Assembly (NCBI GenBank): GCA_030704615.1
Contig: CM060731.1
Coordinates: 71,858,001-71,922,000, forward strand
DNA from: Takakia lepidozioides
Taxonomy: Eukaryota > Plantae > Bryophyta
Direction: 5' to 3'
DNA length: 64,000 nt
Part shown: positions 24,231 to 38,279 of the stretch, one piece after another
How the letters are laid out: every line of letters starts with the position of its first letter
Numbering within the stretch: the stretch's first letter is position 1
Notes under the pieces: generated by a model
Told to the model about the DNA's origin: nothing
The model's input: only the letters and a program-made list of their open reading frames with translations
Database searches by the model: none
Position numbers and translations under genes: made by a program

Positions 24231-26814
24231 TTTGTTCTTGTGTGGGACAAGATAAGATATTGTTGTCCCTGTGCATGCTACAAGGCCTCTTGGTTCAGCC
24301 TGTACATATACCAGCAGCTTACCAATTGAGCCATTAATTATGGCAGGTCATGCATCAGCCAAGGCATAAGGACCAGCCTGCATTTTGTCAGAATCTCAGT
24401 ATCCCACCAAGCAGTCCAACTTGAGCTAGATGAAGTAGATTCCATATCATTTGTATTCACCCCGAGACATGTGATCATATAAGGTATCAAGGGAATGTGA
24501 ATGCAGCCTGTCAGATTGCAGGTTCAAGACTTGTACCAACAAACAGCATGAACAGCCGAGATCCATCCTCTTTTGTATAAAAAAACAGATGGCAGGTCAT
24601 AGGCATGATGTCATGACAGATCCAAAACAATAGGTAGGATTCCATTGCAGCTTACCATCCTCATCCTTCAAGAGTTCCATGCTAAGACATGCAAAGAACA
24701 CCTTACTACGATCCAGTATACATCAGAAGTAGGCCCGACAAGGAGCAGGGCAGTACCCTACCAGGCTGCCGCCTTAAACTTCAAGGCCATCAGATCCATA
24801 GTTACCCAAAACCGCCAAAAACATACCACCAAAAACCAGATCCTCTTTGGCCAAAATAACTTACAACCTAGCTTATTAATCCACAGGCTTTGTTGTCAAA
24901 GATTAAAAGGTAGGGTATGGTTTGTATGCACACAGACCCTCACACTTGTCATCGATGTCAACTAAGAAACTCAAAAGCAAGAGAAAGAGATAAGAACATG
25001 AGAATCCCTAAACTCCAAAGGCACCTTAAGCGATTGGGGAAGAGGGTTATGCGCCATCACCACCCGCAGCAAGCCGCCTCCACAAAGCACATAAGCAATG
25101 AAGCAAAGCAGGCACAATCGCAAGGCACTAGAAAGGAGGGAGAGAACTTCCCATCATAAGCATCCTTGCTAAGCACCGAAAAAGCCAGAGGAGGGTTCAT
25201 AGCGGTGTTTCCCGCTGCAAGAGAGACAAGGCGCCGCCTTCGCGCCCCCCCAGGCGCTCGTCCAGCATAGGTACGACACCACAAACAGGGCAGCCACCGA
25301 AGCACGCCCGCCATAACACTCTCCTCGCGAGCTCAGAAGCACATCGCGTGCTTCTGACAGCAGGAGAGACGACATAGGGTTGTCCCCCGATTATTCCTCC
25401 GTGGATGAAAACAGTAGGACGAATCCATATACCCTGATGGATTTCATCCGCAACAAGGTTAAAAATAGGTTTTGGGGTAGGGGTTAGGGTTTCCACCGTA
25501 ATTAATCATAATTAGGGGCACTACTAGAGAAACCGGTTTTTCCAACACCACCCATAGTTCACACCTGGCACTTTGAACGGCTCCTCTTACACCCATGTGA
25601 GAGGAGGCAAGGTGTGATTTGGACCATTGTAGGAAACACCACATGGTGTTACAAATTTCACACTCGAATGACACCCATACGGTCAACGGATGTTGATCAA
25701 GATAATTCATATAGGGCATTTGACATGAGTGTGAAATAAGTCATGGAGTGTGAGGTGAGTGTGAGATGTCCTACAGGATTTTGGGGCAACTATATGGCAT
25801 GGCACATTGACCATCAAGGTGGATATGACTTGGCACATTGACCATCCAGGTGGAAGATGGATGGATGAAATGACTTCCACCTCTATTCAACATGCCCTGG
25901 ACTACATAACACATAGAAGTTCAAAAAAGTTATTAGGGTTATGGAGTCTGCATGTAGAGGGCTGTGGGACTTGTAGTTTTTCTTTGCCAGCTCTTTTAGA
26001 ATCTGAATGCCCACCAGTGCAGGCCATCCCTTTAAGTTGATGCCAAAATGAATTTTCATCCAAAAATCAAAGCTCTCAAAATAGACAACCTCAAGTAAAA
26101 TGAGAAGGAGATCGGCAGAACCGAAAGGGCATAGAATTCTCTTCAATATTGAACACTGCCTGCAACTATTGGCTACAATTTGCCCTCTGTCCTGTCACAT
26201 ATAATCCCTCCGGGAACCAGCAATCCAAAAAGATGCACTGGTCATGCAGCTGACGACAATATCGTTATGAGAATGTCACACTATAATCAACAATGTACAA
26301 CAATTGCTTTGAGAAGCTATGGATAAAACTACCACATGTCGTCTCAGAGATGTGTGAGCCCGGCAATGTCAATCCCATTTCTGTCCAGTCAACCGTGACC
26401 CCTCACAATGAGACAGTCTGAAACTGAGCTGAGCACGGATTTCAATCTCTACTAGTCCAATCGTACTAGAGAAATATCCAGTGATCCTCAGACGAGGTTT
26501 TCTTCGCCACCTTACAAAAATTGTTCCCAATGACTCCCTCCCTGTCCACATTGTTGCTAGATGTTGAGAAGCTTGGACAAAGTGCCTTGCTCTTTGTGAC
26601 TGGCTCCATTTTTGAGACAGCAGGGTTTTTTTTTTTACGGGTGTACTTCACTCACAACCGTCTTTTTTACATTGCGTCCGGGATATCAATGATCACCCCA
26701 GCCTGAATTTTGCCCCACCCTATCAAGCGCCAGTGCTTTTTAACTAGTGCTTTTCAACTCGTCTGCTGAGGGCCCCACTTTCTCCCCTTTGCTGATACAT
26801 GTCAAAATCACTCC

Positions 26815-27700
26815 AAGAGCCATAGTGTTGGAAAACTGCCTTCGCATCCTTGATGCTCCCACATTTGGCATATATGTCCACAAGGGCATTGTTCAGAATC
26901 ACATCAGGTACAATTCCAGCTTTGACAATGAAGCCATAGACCTCTTCCATTTTTCCAGAGCTGCCAAGCTTGCCCTTGATGCTCCCACATTTGGCATACA
27001 TGTCCACGAGGGCATTGTTCAGAATCACATCAGGTACAATTCCAGCTTTGAGAATGAAACCATGGACCTCTTCCCTTCTCCAGAGCTGCCAAGCTTGCCC
27101 TTCATGCTAACAACCCTTTTCCAGAGCTGCCAGGCTTGCCCTTGATGCTCCCACATTTGGCATACATGTCCACGAGGGCATTATCCAGAATCACATCAGT
27201 TACAATTCCAGCTTTGACAATGAAACCATGGACCTCTTCCCTTTTCCAGAGCTGCCAGGCTTGCCCTTGATGCTCCCACATTTGGCATACATGTCCACTA
27301 GGGCATTGTCCAGAATCACATCAGGGACAATTCCAGCTTTGACAATGAAACCATGGACCTGATCTTCCCTTTTCCAGAGCTGCCAAGCTTGCCCTTGATG
27401 CTCCCACATTTGGCATACATGTCCACGAGGCCATTGTCCATAATCACAATCAGGTACAATTCCAGCTTTGACAATGAAACCATGGACCTGATCTTCCCTT
27501 TCCCAGAGCTGCCAGACTTGCCCTTGATGCTCCCACATTTGGCATACATGTCCACGAGGCCATTGTCCATAATCACATCAGGTACAATTCCAGCTTTGAC
27601 AATGAAACCATGGACCTGATCTTCCCTTTTCCAGACCTGCAAGGCTTGCCCTTGATGCTCCCACATTTGGCATACATGTCCACGAGGCCATTGTCCACAA
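26815..27700 (-). repeat. Tandem ~125-bp repeats (about 7) derived from a PLS-class PPR motif
   Basis: Each unit encodes [18 protein letters not shown](A/G)[12 protein letters not shown]; the frame shifts between units. Confidence 0.9.
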
Positions 27701-27971
27701 GATCCCCTTGTTCAAGGGCAACTTCATTTTCCTACACCAAGCCTAATTTTTCTTGTGTAGACATGAATGTGGTATTTTGCTGGTTGTTTGCTATATTTAA
27801 TATTAATAACAATACTATTGGTCAATGTGGTTAATAATACAATTATTATCCCTGTTTTAAATAAGCTTTTGTTTAAATGAAACAAAACAAATAAAAATTC
27901 TAAAATAATAATATATTACATATTAAATCAAGCAGCCAATGGCTTTTGGGGTGCTATCCCATTTATTATAA

Positions 27972-27972
<1 letters not shown>

Positions 27973-28009
<37 letters not shown>

Positions 28010-28010
28010 T
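27973..28010. repeat. (AAT)n microsatellite
   Basis: Run of AAT triplets. Confidence 0.95.
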
Positions 28011-28549
28011 GACTATTCATTTTGGCATTTGTCAACAAATAATAATTGTTTACTTTTTGTCCAATAGGAACAAAACAATGGATATGACAGTATTCACACT
28101 AGTGTCATTGCGATCACACCACGACTTGAACCTGGTGTTAAATCTCTGTGAGAGAATCCGTAAGAAGAGCCCTTAATATTTATTATTTATTTAATAATTC
28201 TGATGGACTCTATTACGTGGCATTCCCTTTGACATACATGTGGCAGACATGGTGGCAATGAGGTGTAATAAGTACCATAGAAAGACCATTAAGATTACTT
28301 AGTCAAAATAGTAGTTGAACTAACCAGTCAAAACGGCCGTCAAAATATTCGTCAAAAGAGCCACCTAAACCTACTGCCACATTAGCTGCAAGTTTGGTGT
28401 GAGATGGTTTTTTTCACAGGACCAAGAAAGTTCACATGTGGTGCAAAGGACTAGGTTAACCTAACACCAAGGGGGGGTGTGAACTTGGGCTCTTTTCACA
28501 CCAAAATGTGTGAGAAGAGCCGTTAAAAAAACCGGTTTCTGTATTAGTG

Positions 28550-29460
28550 GATGTGGTGTCGTGGAGGGCAATGCTTGCAGGGTATGCACAGCAGGGGCGT
28601 GGGATAGAGGCTTTGGAGACCTATGAGCAAATGATGGGAGAAGGGTGAAGCCCGACCACATAACGTTTGTGTGTGTTTGCAGTGCGTGTGGGAGCCTGGC
28701 AGCCCTGGAAAAAGGCAAAGAGATCCATCGTGACATCATCAAGTTTGCAATTGTACCAGATGTCATCCTGAACATGACTGCTCTGGTAGACACATGTATG
28801 CCAAATGTGGGAGCATTGAGGATGCGAAAGGAGTGTTCAACACTATGGCTAAACGAGATTGTGCGTTTGCAGTGCATGTGCAAGTCTGGCAGCCCTGCAA
28901 AAGGGCAAAGAGGTGCATGGTTGCATCACCAAAGCTGGAATTGTAACATATGCGATTCTGAACAATGCCCTCATGGACATGTATGCCAAATATATGTGAG
29001 AGCATTGAGGATTTGGAGGGAGTGTTCAACACTATGGCTGAACAAGATATGGTGTCGTGGAGTGCGATGCTTGCAGGATGTGCACATCAGTGGTGCGGGA
29101 TGGAGCCTATGGAGACCTATCATGACCAAGTGATGGGTGAAGGGATGAAGCCCGACCACAACACATTTGTGTGCGTTTGCAGTGCGTGTGCAAACCTGGC
29201 AGCTCTGGGAAAGGGAAGAGGTCCATGGTTTCATTGTCAAAGCTGGAATTGTACCTGATGTGATTTTGGACAATGGCCTCGTGGACATGTATGCAACATC
29301 AAGGGCAAGCCTGGCAGCTCTGGAAAAGGGAAGAGGTCCATGGTTTCATTGTCAAAGCTGGAATTGTACCTGATGTGATTCTGGACAATGGCCTCGTGGA
29401 CATGTATGCCAAATGTGGGAGCATCAAGGGCAAGCCTGGCAACTCTGGAAAATTGTCAAA
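28550..29460 (+). pseudogene. PLS-class pentatricopeptide repeat pseudogene
   Basis: [66 protein letters not shown]; many frameshifts; begins at the CACTA end. Confidence 0.88.
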
Positions 29461-29578
29461 GCATGAGAATAGCAAGAGCATCAATTCAAAAAATATTGTT
29501 CATGTGAGAAGAGCTGTTTTGTTCACCTGTCCCTCAATCCATAAAGAAAACTAAACTAAACTTGTAACACCTTCAATA

Positions 29579-32500
29579 TCACGCGTGTTTAAGAAACTTT
29601 TCAGACCATAAGGTGGAACTTCCCTGCGTGTCACCCAATGTGGTATAATTAGGGGTAACAGAGTAGTCCGGGTACGGCAACACAACCTCTGAAATCATGA
29701 CCGATTTCACATGGATACGGTAATAGTTGTCTGGCACATTTGCTTTCGGAAATCCAGCAATATATCCCACACCTGCCCTTCTTTTTGGTGCACAAGGATC
29801 AAACAATAACACCTTGTCGCCGATCTGAAACTGCAACAAAAACCAGATTCCTATATCATAAATGAACCCTGGAGAACAGAGACTGACAACTTGACACTCC
29901 TGCAAAATGACATTGAAGTTCTTCCAACAAACACCCCAACCCTACCTATTGCAGTACTTCCAATTCCGAATTGCATTTGCTTGTCTCTATACTACATGTT
30001 GACATGATCAAAGCTGGAACGGTGCCATACCTAGTTGGTAGCAGGTTATGCATGGTCAACATGGATGTGGTAGGACGATGTCACAAAACTACCTTTGTAG
30101 GTTGTTGGGCCTGCAGCTATGTGGCGATACATAGGAGGTGTATTGATCCAGCATCAGACAAGGAAACAAAATTGCACAAATGAAGTACTTACACTGTGCG
30201 GATTTTGTTGGTCACCCTGTGGTTCAGTTAGATCCACTGTGGTTGTAGTCTGATTGATAGCACATATTGTACTCTCCCTGTCCATTGAACGCTTCACTGG
30301 TTTCACCATCTGTATATTGAATGACACAACGATCAAAAAATGAGAATAGCACGAATGACACACATTGTGAAGTAGCATTAACAATACAAATCCACCCACG
30401 CGCCCAAGCATTGAAACTTTTGCTCTCACCTTTCTTTGATTATGCTTTGTTGTTGCATCGGGAGGCAAAGTCGTTGGAACTCTGGCAGCAGGAAGCCCTG
30501 GTTCGGATGCCTTTGCAGATTGTTGTGATCCACTACCCATGGCTGCAGTATTGAACAAGTAGTTGGGCTGCCCATATCTGTATGGGTGCCCTGACACATA
30601 CTCAGGGATGTGTGCAACCTTGGATACACCCTCTAACCAAGGCAATAATTCTTTCATAAGCCTCTTGCAGTTTGGCTGATCCCTCAACTTCCATGGATAC
30701 GGGAAGATGCAATTATTTGCAGGGTTGGGTAAGCAAGTGAGTGGGGAATCGTCCACCAGCAAAGTATTGGTTGGATTGTAATGGCTGTAGTCCTTCCAAA
30801 ACTTACATAAGTTCTTGTACATGACAGTTTTAGAAGGATTGAAAGGGTCCACCATTCCCACAGGCTGGTCACAATAGTCTTGGTGAAGCACCATCTTTGG
30901 TTGCTTCCCACGAAACAAAGCTTTCACAACTGGAAGGACATTACTCAATGACATGGAAGACCATACACCTACATCAAAAATCTGAAGGCATCGGTCCAGA
31001 AACTCCTGACACCCAGGTCTGGAGGTGACAGTGGGCTCTAGGTATTCCCTTGTTCGTAGTCTGCTCTCACATAACAATCCATTCAAGTCAAGTATAAGGA
31101 TGTGTTTCTGCCTCTCAGTTGCCAAAGGGCAATTACCTACAACTTGTACATGATTATCATGTACAAAAGACACACCTTTCTGTGGGGCACTCTGCAAATT
31201 CATGGAGACCTCACAGGCATATTGAGAGGGTAGTACATATGTCGGCAGTGCTACTGGTGTAGGGGACAACAAAACTGATGAACACTTTGTAGTTGCCTCA
31301 ACAATATGGGGGGATGGATTGAGTTCACCTTCAGACCAACCCTCCATGTCATCATCCCCCTCCATTTCTGAAAGCCCAAACAATGAGCCTATTGTGTTTG
31401 GCTTTGGTGGCGGTGAAGAAACTGCCTTGAACAGGTTGAGTGGTGAGCCCATAACATGAGAAATAGTCTCATTTGTTGTCTGTGGCGCAAAGGTGGTGCA
31501 TGGTGGACCTGTAGGCTGTGAATCTGGCACATTCATGCCAAGTTTAGCTGCGAGCGCAATGTTGAATGCAGCTGCTACCTCCAGTTGGACTTGGACTGCT
31601 TCCAAAGCTACCTTGGAGCAGGCTTCCATCTGCACTTGTTTGTTTTCCATAGCATCGAGGCGAGCTGCTAGTGAACCAATTCCCTGCCCCATCACATAGA
31701 ACACCTCCAAAGTAACAATTCACTACACTGACTGATGAACTAGTAAGAAAAGAGAACCAAACGGCAACTAGCAATGACATGGAAATCACGAATATGTAAT
31801 TCACACCAGAATTGGTAGTGAGTTTATATACCGTTGTGGCTGCACTGCCTGTACACCCCGACCCGTAGCCTTTGTCACTCCTGGTGCTACCGGCGATCTC
31901 CTGTAAACTTGGTGTACGTCCAGTCTCCTTCTCATGTGATTGCAACAAACTTGCAAGTGTAAATGACTAGCATAGCACACTGCCAACAGTAAAGAATTAT
32001 CTAGGATAACGTCAATGACTCCCCCTCAATAAGAGTGCTTAGTTTCTTGCTGGCGCCCAACTCTGAGAAGGCCCCCAAGTAGTAGCAATGTGTACTAATT
32101 CCATCCATATAGGAATAGACTCTGAGCTCCATCCAAAAAAACCCAACACATAAAGTTTGTCAATGCAAAACAATGTGGGAACTTCCTATGTTGTAAGAGA
32201 AGTATACCAGTCGTGCTACAACACCGCTGATTCCACTGCGACCCGATCGAGATGTATTCTTCACACATCCCCGCGCCTTGACACCATTTGCCTGGACCTG
32301 CCCTTGGTGTGGTCTTGCAGGGCTGGTAGGATAGAGGGAGGAAGTAGGTTGGTTGTACATAAGCCGAGGAGGATACATACTATGGGGATGCATTCCATAA
32401 TGGTGGTAAATGGAATACCCACCTTGACTAGGATCATGCATTGGAGCGCCTGCAGGTGGAGCAAAAGAATTGTAATTCTGGCACTGAGGATCATTGTTTG

Positions 32501-32800
32501 GAGGTTGATAGTGAGGATACGGCATGTGCCCATGCAGATTATACCCTGACATGGCAGGATACTGCGGGTACATAAGCGGATACGAGGGAGGAGCCGATAC
32601 TGGTGGATACAAGGGAGCTGGAACGTCAGTCTGTGGAGTAGGCGGGGCTGGTTTTTCGTAAGTTGGAACAACCGCGCCACTCATCACAGCAGTTGGCGCA
32701 ATAGTTGGTGCACACTTTGCTGGAGTAAGAGACTTATGCTCGTTCGCATCCTTCCCTGCAATTCCCTTCCTTTTTTTTTTACTGAACTCTGCACACATTG
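29579..32800 (-). pseudogene. CACTA ORF2 (TnpA/TNP1-like) remnant with an embedded FCP1/NIF HAD-phosphatase-like domain
   Basis: Last exon QIGDKVLLFDP..YYRIHVKSV...LPYPD...TLGDTQGSSTLWSEKFL is Tnp1-like and similar to 57219..57530. 30570-31110 reads HILILDLNGLL..RPGCQEFLDRCLQIFDVGVWSS..KNLCKFW..NTLLVDDSP. Confidence 0.75.
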
Positions 32801-33864
32801 CTCAACATAAACATGAGAAACACATACCACCATACTACTAGGGATGGCAAACCTACTGGGTAAGCAAAGCCCAAAGGCCTATGCAAGAAGACCCTGTCAG
32901 TCAGACCTACCTATAAACAGTGAGGAGTCTTCTAAAGAATGGAAGGGTACAGTGGAAATGACTGTCTACAATCCAAGACAACCCTGAAAAACTGGAGTGC
33001 ATCACAAAGGGGTACAACGTGCCCATTAGTTCTTTTGAGATTGCTGAAGCAATAGAACATCTAAAGGGCTATAAAGTTGGTGTGTCTGATATGATTGTCA
33101 AGCCTGGTGTGATCATATGGTAGATGCCCTTGCACTCCTCTGGGACCTTATTTGGAAGACTGAACTGATACCCTTTCGCTGGAGAGAGGGTGTCAGTGTC
33201 AATCTGAGGTGCAGATGACAGCCTAGGAACTACCGTAGCATTACACTTCTTACCACAGTTTGCAAGCTGTTCTGTAGGATAATAAGCACCCATCTTGAGG
33301 TTGATTTGAGTCTGGAAGTGGTTTTCCATGAAGGTGAGGCAGGCTCCTGGGGGCTGTGTTGCAACCATGTCCCTGAGCTGGCCTATTCAAGGGAAGGAAA
33401 AAAGAAAAAACCTCTAAGGAAACCTCTGTCCTAGAACGACACCTTCCTTCTACAAAGGTTTCCCTTCCTGACATCTTATGGTGCACGCGCTGACATGCTC
33501 TCTTTGAGCCCAAAAAAGTGAATGGATTCTAAAGTTTTAGCATGATGGAGTTGGCCAACCCACACGGCAGATGTGTACTCCAAGGCCTGATAAGGCCTGA
33601 TCTCTTCATAAGGAGGTTTGCTATTTCATGAGCATGAGCGGCATGAGCGGCATGAGCGGCATGAGCAGAGTAGTAAACACAATCGGTTTCATGAGCAGAA
33701 GTAAAATTTCGAAAATAAAAAACAATAAAAAAACAATAATTTAATGCAATGTGTCAGGAAAAACAAATATATTATTCGGCCCCTTGAAGGGAAAATTGCA
33801 CTTTGACAGTTGTGCTCATGAAATTTCGTCTTCCGCTCATGCCAATTCCTAGCGACATGTGCAA

Positions 33865-34225
33865 ATATGGCGCCGAATTTCGCGGTAATAGGGTCCGTAA
33901 CCTGAAAAAAACGGCGACGTATTTCGCGGCAATAGGTCTGTCTGGCGAAAAATGGTGCCGAATTCCGCGGCTATAGGTCCCCTCATGACAGGTAATTCGG
34001 CGCCATTTTTCCAGTGCATGTTCGGACTTAGCCAGTTTTCGGCCCAAAAAAGAGAAATTCGGCGCCATTTTTGCAGACACGGTACCAGTGCATGTTGGGA
34101 CTTAGCCAGTTTTCGGCCCCAAAAAGAGAAATTCGGCGCCATTTTCCCAAACACAGGTACCAGTGCATGTTGGGACTTAGCGAGTTTTCGGCCCCAAAAA
34201 GAGAAATTCGGCGCCATTTTTCCAG
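33865..34225. repeat. Subterminal array of half and full GGCGCC palindromes including three ~70-bp tandem units
   Basis: CAGTGCATGTTGGGACTTAGCCAGTTTTCGGCCCCAAAAAGAGAAATTCGGCGCCATTTT repeated. Confidence 0.85.
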
Positions 34226-34385
34226 AAATGGCCCCACAACTGCTTCTGTTGGATCTCAGTTTGAATGAATGGAATATTGCCTCATTCCAGGAGTTTTGGG
34301 GTGCATTTCATTACACTGCAAAAAAAAAGTCTGATACAGCAAAATGCATTTGAAAATATCCATATGGAGGATTCCGTTTGCCCCA

Positions 34386-37300
34386 TCAATGATTTCTGGA
34401 ATCCCTAAGGAGGAGTTTGTGCAGCTCGTTCACGCTCAACGCCGGTGCATGAATAAAGTCATCAATAGTCACGTTCATCCTCAACCTCTTCAGGTAAATG
34501 TAATACAGATGCTTGCACGGATAATACTTCGAACCCTTCTTTGCTTCCATCAACGAGAAGTCCGTACAGTTGCAAGTCGGCTCCACTCCAATCGTAATTG
34601 TGTATACATCGTCGCGTACAGCCGAGCCGGCCGTTGCCATCCGATACACACGCCCAAGGCCGGGTGGGGGTACGTCCACGGAGCTCTGAATAGTGCAAGC
34701 CATCCCAAGAGCATTGGCAATCCGAGTCTCATTCAACTTGTTGGGAGGGTGTCGTCTCTTCACTCTTCCGAATCGCATTGTGGGATGTGCAGAATTGTCC
34801 AATCCGTCTCTACTGGACCGAGCAGTCTGCAATGGCTGGGTCTGAGGAACCGGAAATGCGTGGGCCGGGATGTCTGTGCGTTGCACCATTCGAAATCCTG
34901 CTGCAGATAGAGCATCCGCCTCATTCTGAGAGAGGCTGCAACCCGGTGCAACAGGCCAGACGCCCGGAGGCTCCGGCATTCCCTGAATCCCGTACTTGGG
35001 CTTGCCAAATACACAGGTCATTATGTCGTGCCTACAGAACCAAAATGTCTGCGTTGTGGCGTGAGCAAATGTGGGAGTCAAAAATCTGCCGCGTGAAACA
35101 AGGTGCAGGTACAGCACCATGTGGGTTCCTCCGAATCATCTCACCACAGCGTGCTCTCGTATCCACCCGGATGGCGCAACACTTCCCTCGAAATGCCGGC
35201 AATGTCCTCGCAATTCTCCACTGTGACTCCGACACTCTTGTCTCCACAATGGGAATGTTGTATTGCTTTACTACAGATGGCTCGTTATGTTGCCGGGGCA
35301 CGCGCCCTGTGCTCAAAGGAGATGGCGATCTTGAACGTGCAGGACTTCCGGTGCTCGACGAGACCTCCTCGGACAACATCACCGGACCACGAGGGAGCGT
35401 GCGAATATTCTTGTCAGCTCGCCATGAATCCTCTTCTCCGCCAGGTGCCTCGTCAAGTCTTCGTCTCACTGGACGGGTATGAACATCTCCTTCCAAATGT
35501 TGGCCTCTTCGCAGCAATGGCGTGTCCCGAAGGCCCTCTCGCAAGGCCGCCGCCCACTTCCGAGGATTCTTCGATCTGGAGGCAGTCCGCATCAGCATTT
35601 CCTGCCTGTCCGGCCCCAAGCCCCACTGTTTCCCTTTCAAGAACTCGTTGTACCTGCATTGCTGCATAATTGACCTCACAATGTCCTCCGTTGTGGCAGT
35701 GAGGATGTCCACCAGATGCGCCGCAGAGGAGGCACGCCAGGAAGAGTGCACTGATTCGGCCATGTTTGTCGTGGGCATGTCGGTGTCGGAGTCGAGACAC
35801 ATTTCCTGCACAAGCACATGTTGAGGTTACAAGCAAGTTACAAATATGGCCAAGAATAATATCCAACGGGACGCGAATTCGTGCAACTCACCTCCCGCAT
35901 ATAGTCGCCGAACTGGAGGAAACGATAATGCCACCATGCTAGCCAACTGACCATTGCTCCTTCGTCTGATTTCCTTACAGCACCTGACGATGTCCACCAA
36001 GCCCGTATGCATGCAAACTGTGTCTCTGCATCATCCAAGGTGGGAGCGCGCTTCCACGCAAGGCACATGGAACGGTTCCTCTCTGAAATCTGGCGCCACG
36101 AGCCTGGTTGTGTACTGCGAAAGGCTCTGCAGAAAATGGAACCCACAAGATCTCTCCTTGCCTTCCATGGGAACATTGGGGTCTTGCCCGTACACCCTTC
36201 GGATGGCAGCCCAATTTGCTTGTGCGTTGTCCGCCATGAAACCACGGAAATTGGGAGGGGGCAATCCCGCCTTGGCCATCTGTTCGTTTATTCCCTGCCA
36301 AAGAAGCATCTCCGATTGTGTGTCCTCTCCTTTCATCTCACAAATAGCAATTGTCATTAGCATCCTGCAGTGGGTGTCGTAGACATGTGCACCCATTGTC
36401 ACCCACTGGTGATTTGTAATTCGCTTGATATGGTCGAACATGACCCAACTGTTTGACAAGTTCCCACTCGTCATCCTGTCGACCAGTTCGACGCCACTGC
36501 CAGGTCCACACGTGGACATTTTGAATACGAAACAACGATCTGCCTCAGTCCCTTGTCCTGGAAACCTACTTCCATGAATGTAGTCATATCCACATCGTCG
36601 CTTCACCTCCAGAATGGAGTGCATATCCGAGCCACGCCCAATTTTCTGTTTGCATGAGACAATGTGGTTTCGGACATTCGGTGAACATACGTGGGACACC
36701 GACTCCAGCAATGCCTCCATTTCCTTCTCGTCGAGAGGAACTCTATCGGAGCCGTCTTCCGACATAATTCTGGCCAATGCCATCTTATATGGGCGGCTTG
36801 GAGCTGTATCTGTTTGGGTTTGGCACCCGGTCTCAACTTAACCTCCTCCTGAACGAGCTGCTCTGCTTCGTGGGCAGCCTCCCGCGAGTTCCCCCTCGCC
36901 AATTTGTGACAATGGGAACCAACGTGTATGCAAGCTCGGGTGAGGTCAGGGAAACGGTGCAACACATAGAACTGCTTGGCATTACAAACAGACATGCAGT
37001 GTGGTGGTTCTTTGCAATGCGCACACTTAAATGTGGAGTTCGGAACCTTCTCCTGAGCTCGAAATGGTTGGTGAGCTGTGCCTGTCCAATCGGTCTCGTT
37101 CCTGTGACCTCTGGATTTAAAGTGGAAGCAAGTTGGGGAGAAACACCGCAACGCGCCCGCACAAACAACGTAGCGCACCCGCACACCATCAAGCATCTTC
37201 ATGCTGGTGGTTTTGGTAACGCACCAAGGATGACCGTCATGTTTTCTATCCATATCTGTCAACATTCCGGACGCCCTCGAGTAGTCCGCCCGAGGAGGGA

Positions 37301-37840
37301 ACTCAAAGAAGATATTACCGTCGACGTCGGCGGGAAGGCATGTAACCGATTTAATTGCGAACTTGTTGTAGTCCAGCCCGGCCAGCTCCGACCGGTGTCC
37401 CTCCAGGTGAAGCCCTCGCAGAATTTCTAGAATAGATCGAACTGCGGTGCTCGTGCTGGGAATATGACTCCCTCCTCCACTAACGTCCATTGAGGACTTG
37501 CCTGATCTCCAGGACGACCTCGGAACTTCCATGACCTCGTCTGAGTCGGACAGGTTGTGAACAACCCGGTTCTCGGTCGTCTTCATGGATGGGTTCGGCT
37601 CTGGATTTACTTCGTTGCGGACTTCTCTCTTTGAGGTACCCACTCTCTGATTCGCGGATTGTTTCGTGGAAGGCGCCAGGATAGACGGTGCATTTGGCGG
37701 GCAAATGAAGTCCCCACAGCCCTGTATATGACGCTGTCCGATGGTGGAACTCGCCATTCCCTGCCATCGCCGAAATCATCGTGGAGCACAACAATACTCT
37801 CGACAACAAGGCCGTTTGAGTCCTTCCTTTCCTCCTCCAA
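34386..37840 (-). CDS. MULE transposase: GCM/WRKY-like zinc DNA-binding domain, DDE core and C-terminal SWIM finger (introns and at least 2 frameshifts)
   Basis: RKHDGHPW..VRYVVCAGALRC..C..CAHC..C..HVGSHCH (GCM-like); WVMFDHIKR, FMADNAQANW, CGFHFLQSL, TTNMAESVH (MULE D-D-CxxH-E); YTITIGVEPTCNCTDF..PCKHLYYI (SWIM). Confidence 0.88.
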
Positions 37841-38279
37841 AAAAAACCGACCCCGGTTTCAGGTGGTATCGAACGCACAGCTATTTCTCCATCACCCGGC
37901 AGGTGTCCCCTCTGCACGGAAATGAAGCTCTATGCTCGTGAGGAGGGCAGTACACTGTAGCGCTCGGGTTTTCCGCCATGGGAGATGTGCACACAAGACT
38001 GCCAGGATGGCGTGCGGGGAAGCTCCCTGGTAGAAGGGGGTGCAGCGATGGGAATGAATGCGATGCCGATTTGTCCGAGCGACGAAGCCTGATCCAAATC
38101 CAGGGAGCCAACTATCTCAAAAATCCACAGTCAGAGTGTTAATGAACCTTGTCTCCGGACTGCGGCCCCTGGTCTTTGCGCAATAACTGCCAACGGTATG
38201 CAGTCAGAAAGTGGGGGGCCGTCCGGATGATGACGGCTGAAGGGGAGAAGCCGGCACCGTGCCCTCACATTACTACCCC

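Larger units (their letters stand above)
25519..28549. mobile_element. CACTA-type non-autonomous element carrying PPR-derived repeats
   Basis: Left CACTACTAGAGAAACCGGTTTTT and right AAAAAACCGGTTTCTGTATTAGTG. The 3-bp TSD is not matched (GGG vs GAT), so the two ends may belong to different insertions. Confidence 0.65.

Noticed and set aside
24900-25500. Host gene first exon with a telo-box (GGGTTAGGGTTT) upstream
   Set aside because: Short ORF with a stop and no recognisable domain; insufficient support.
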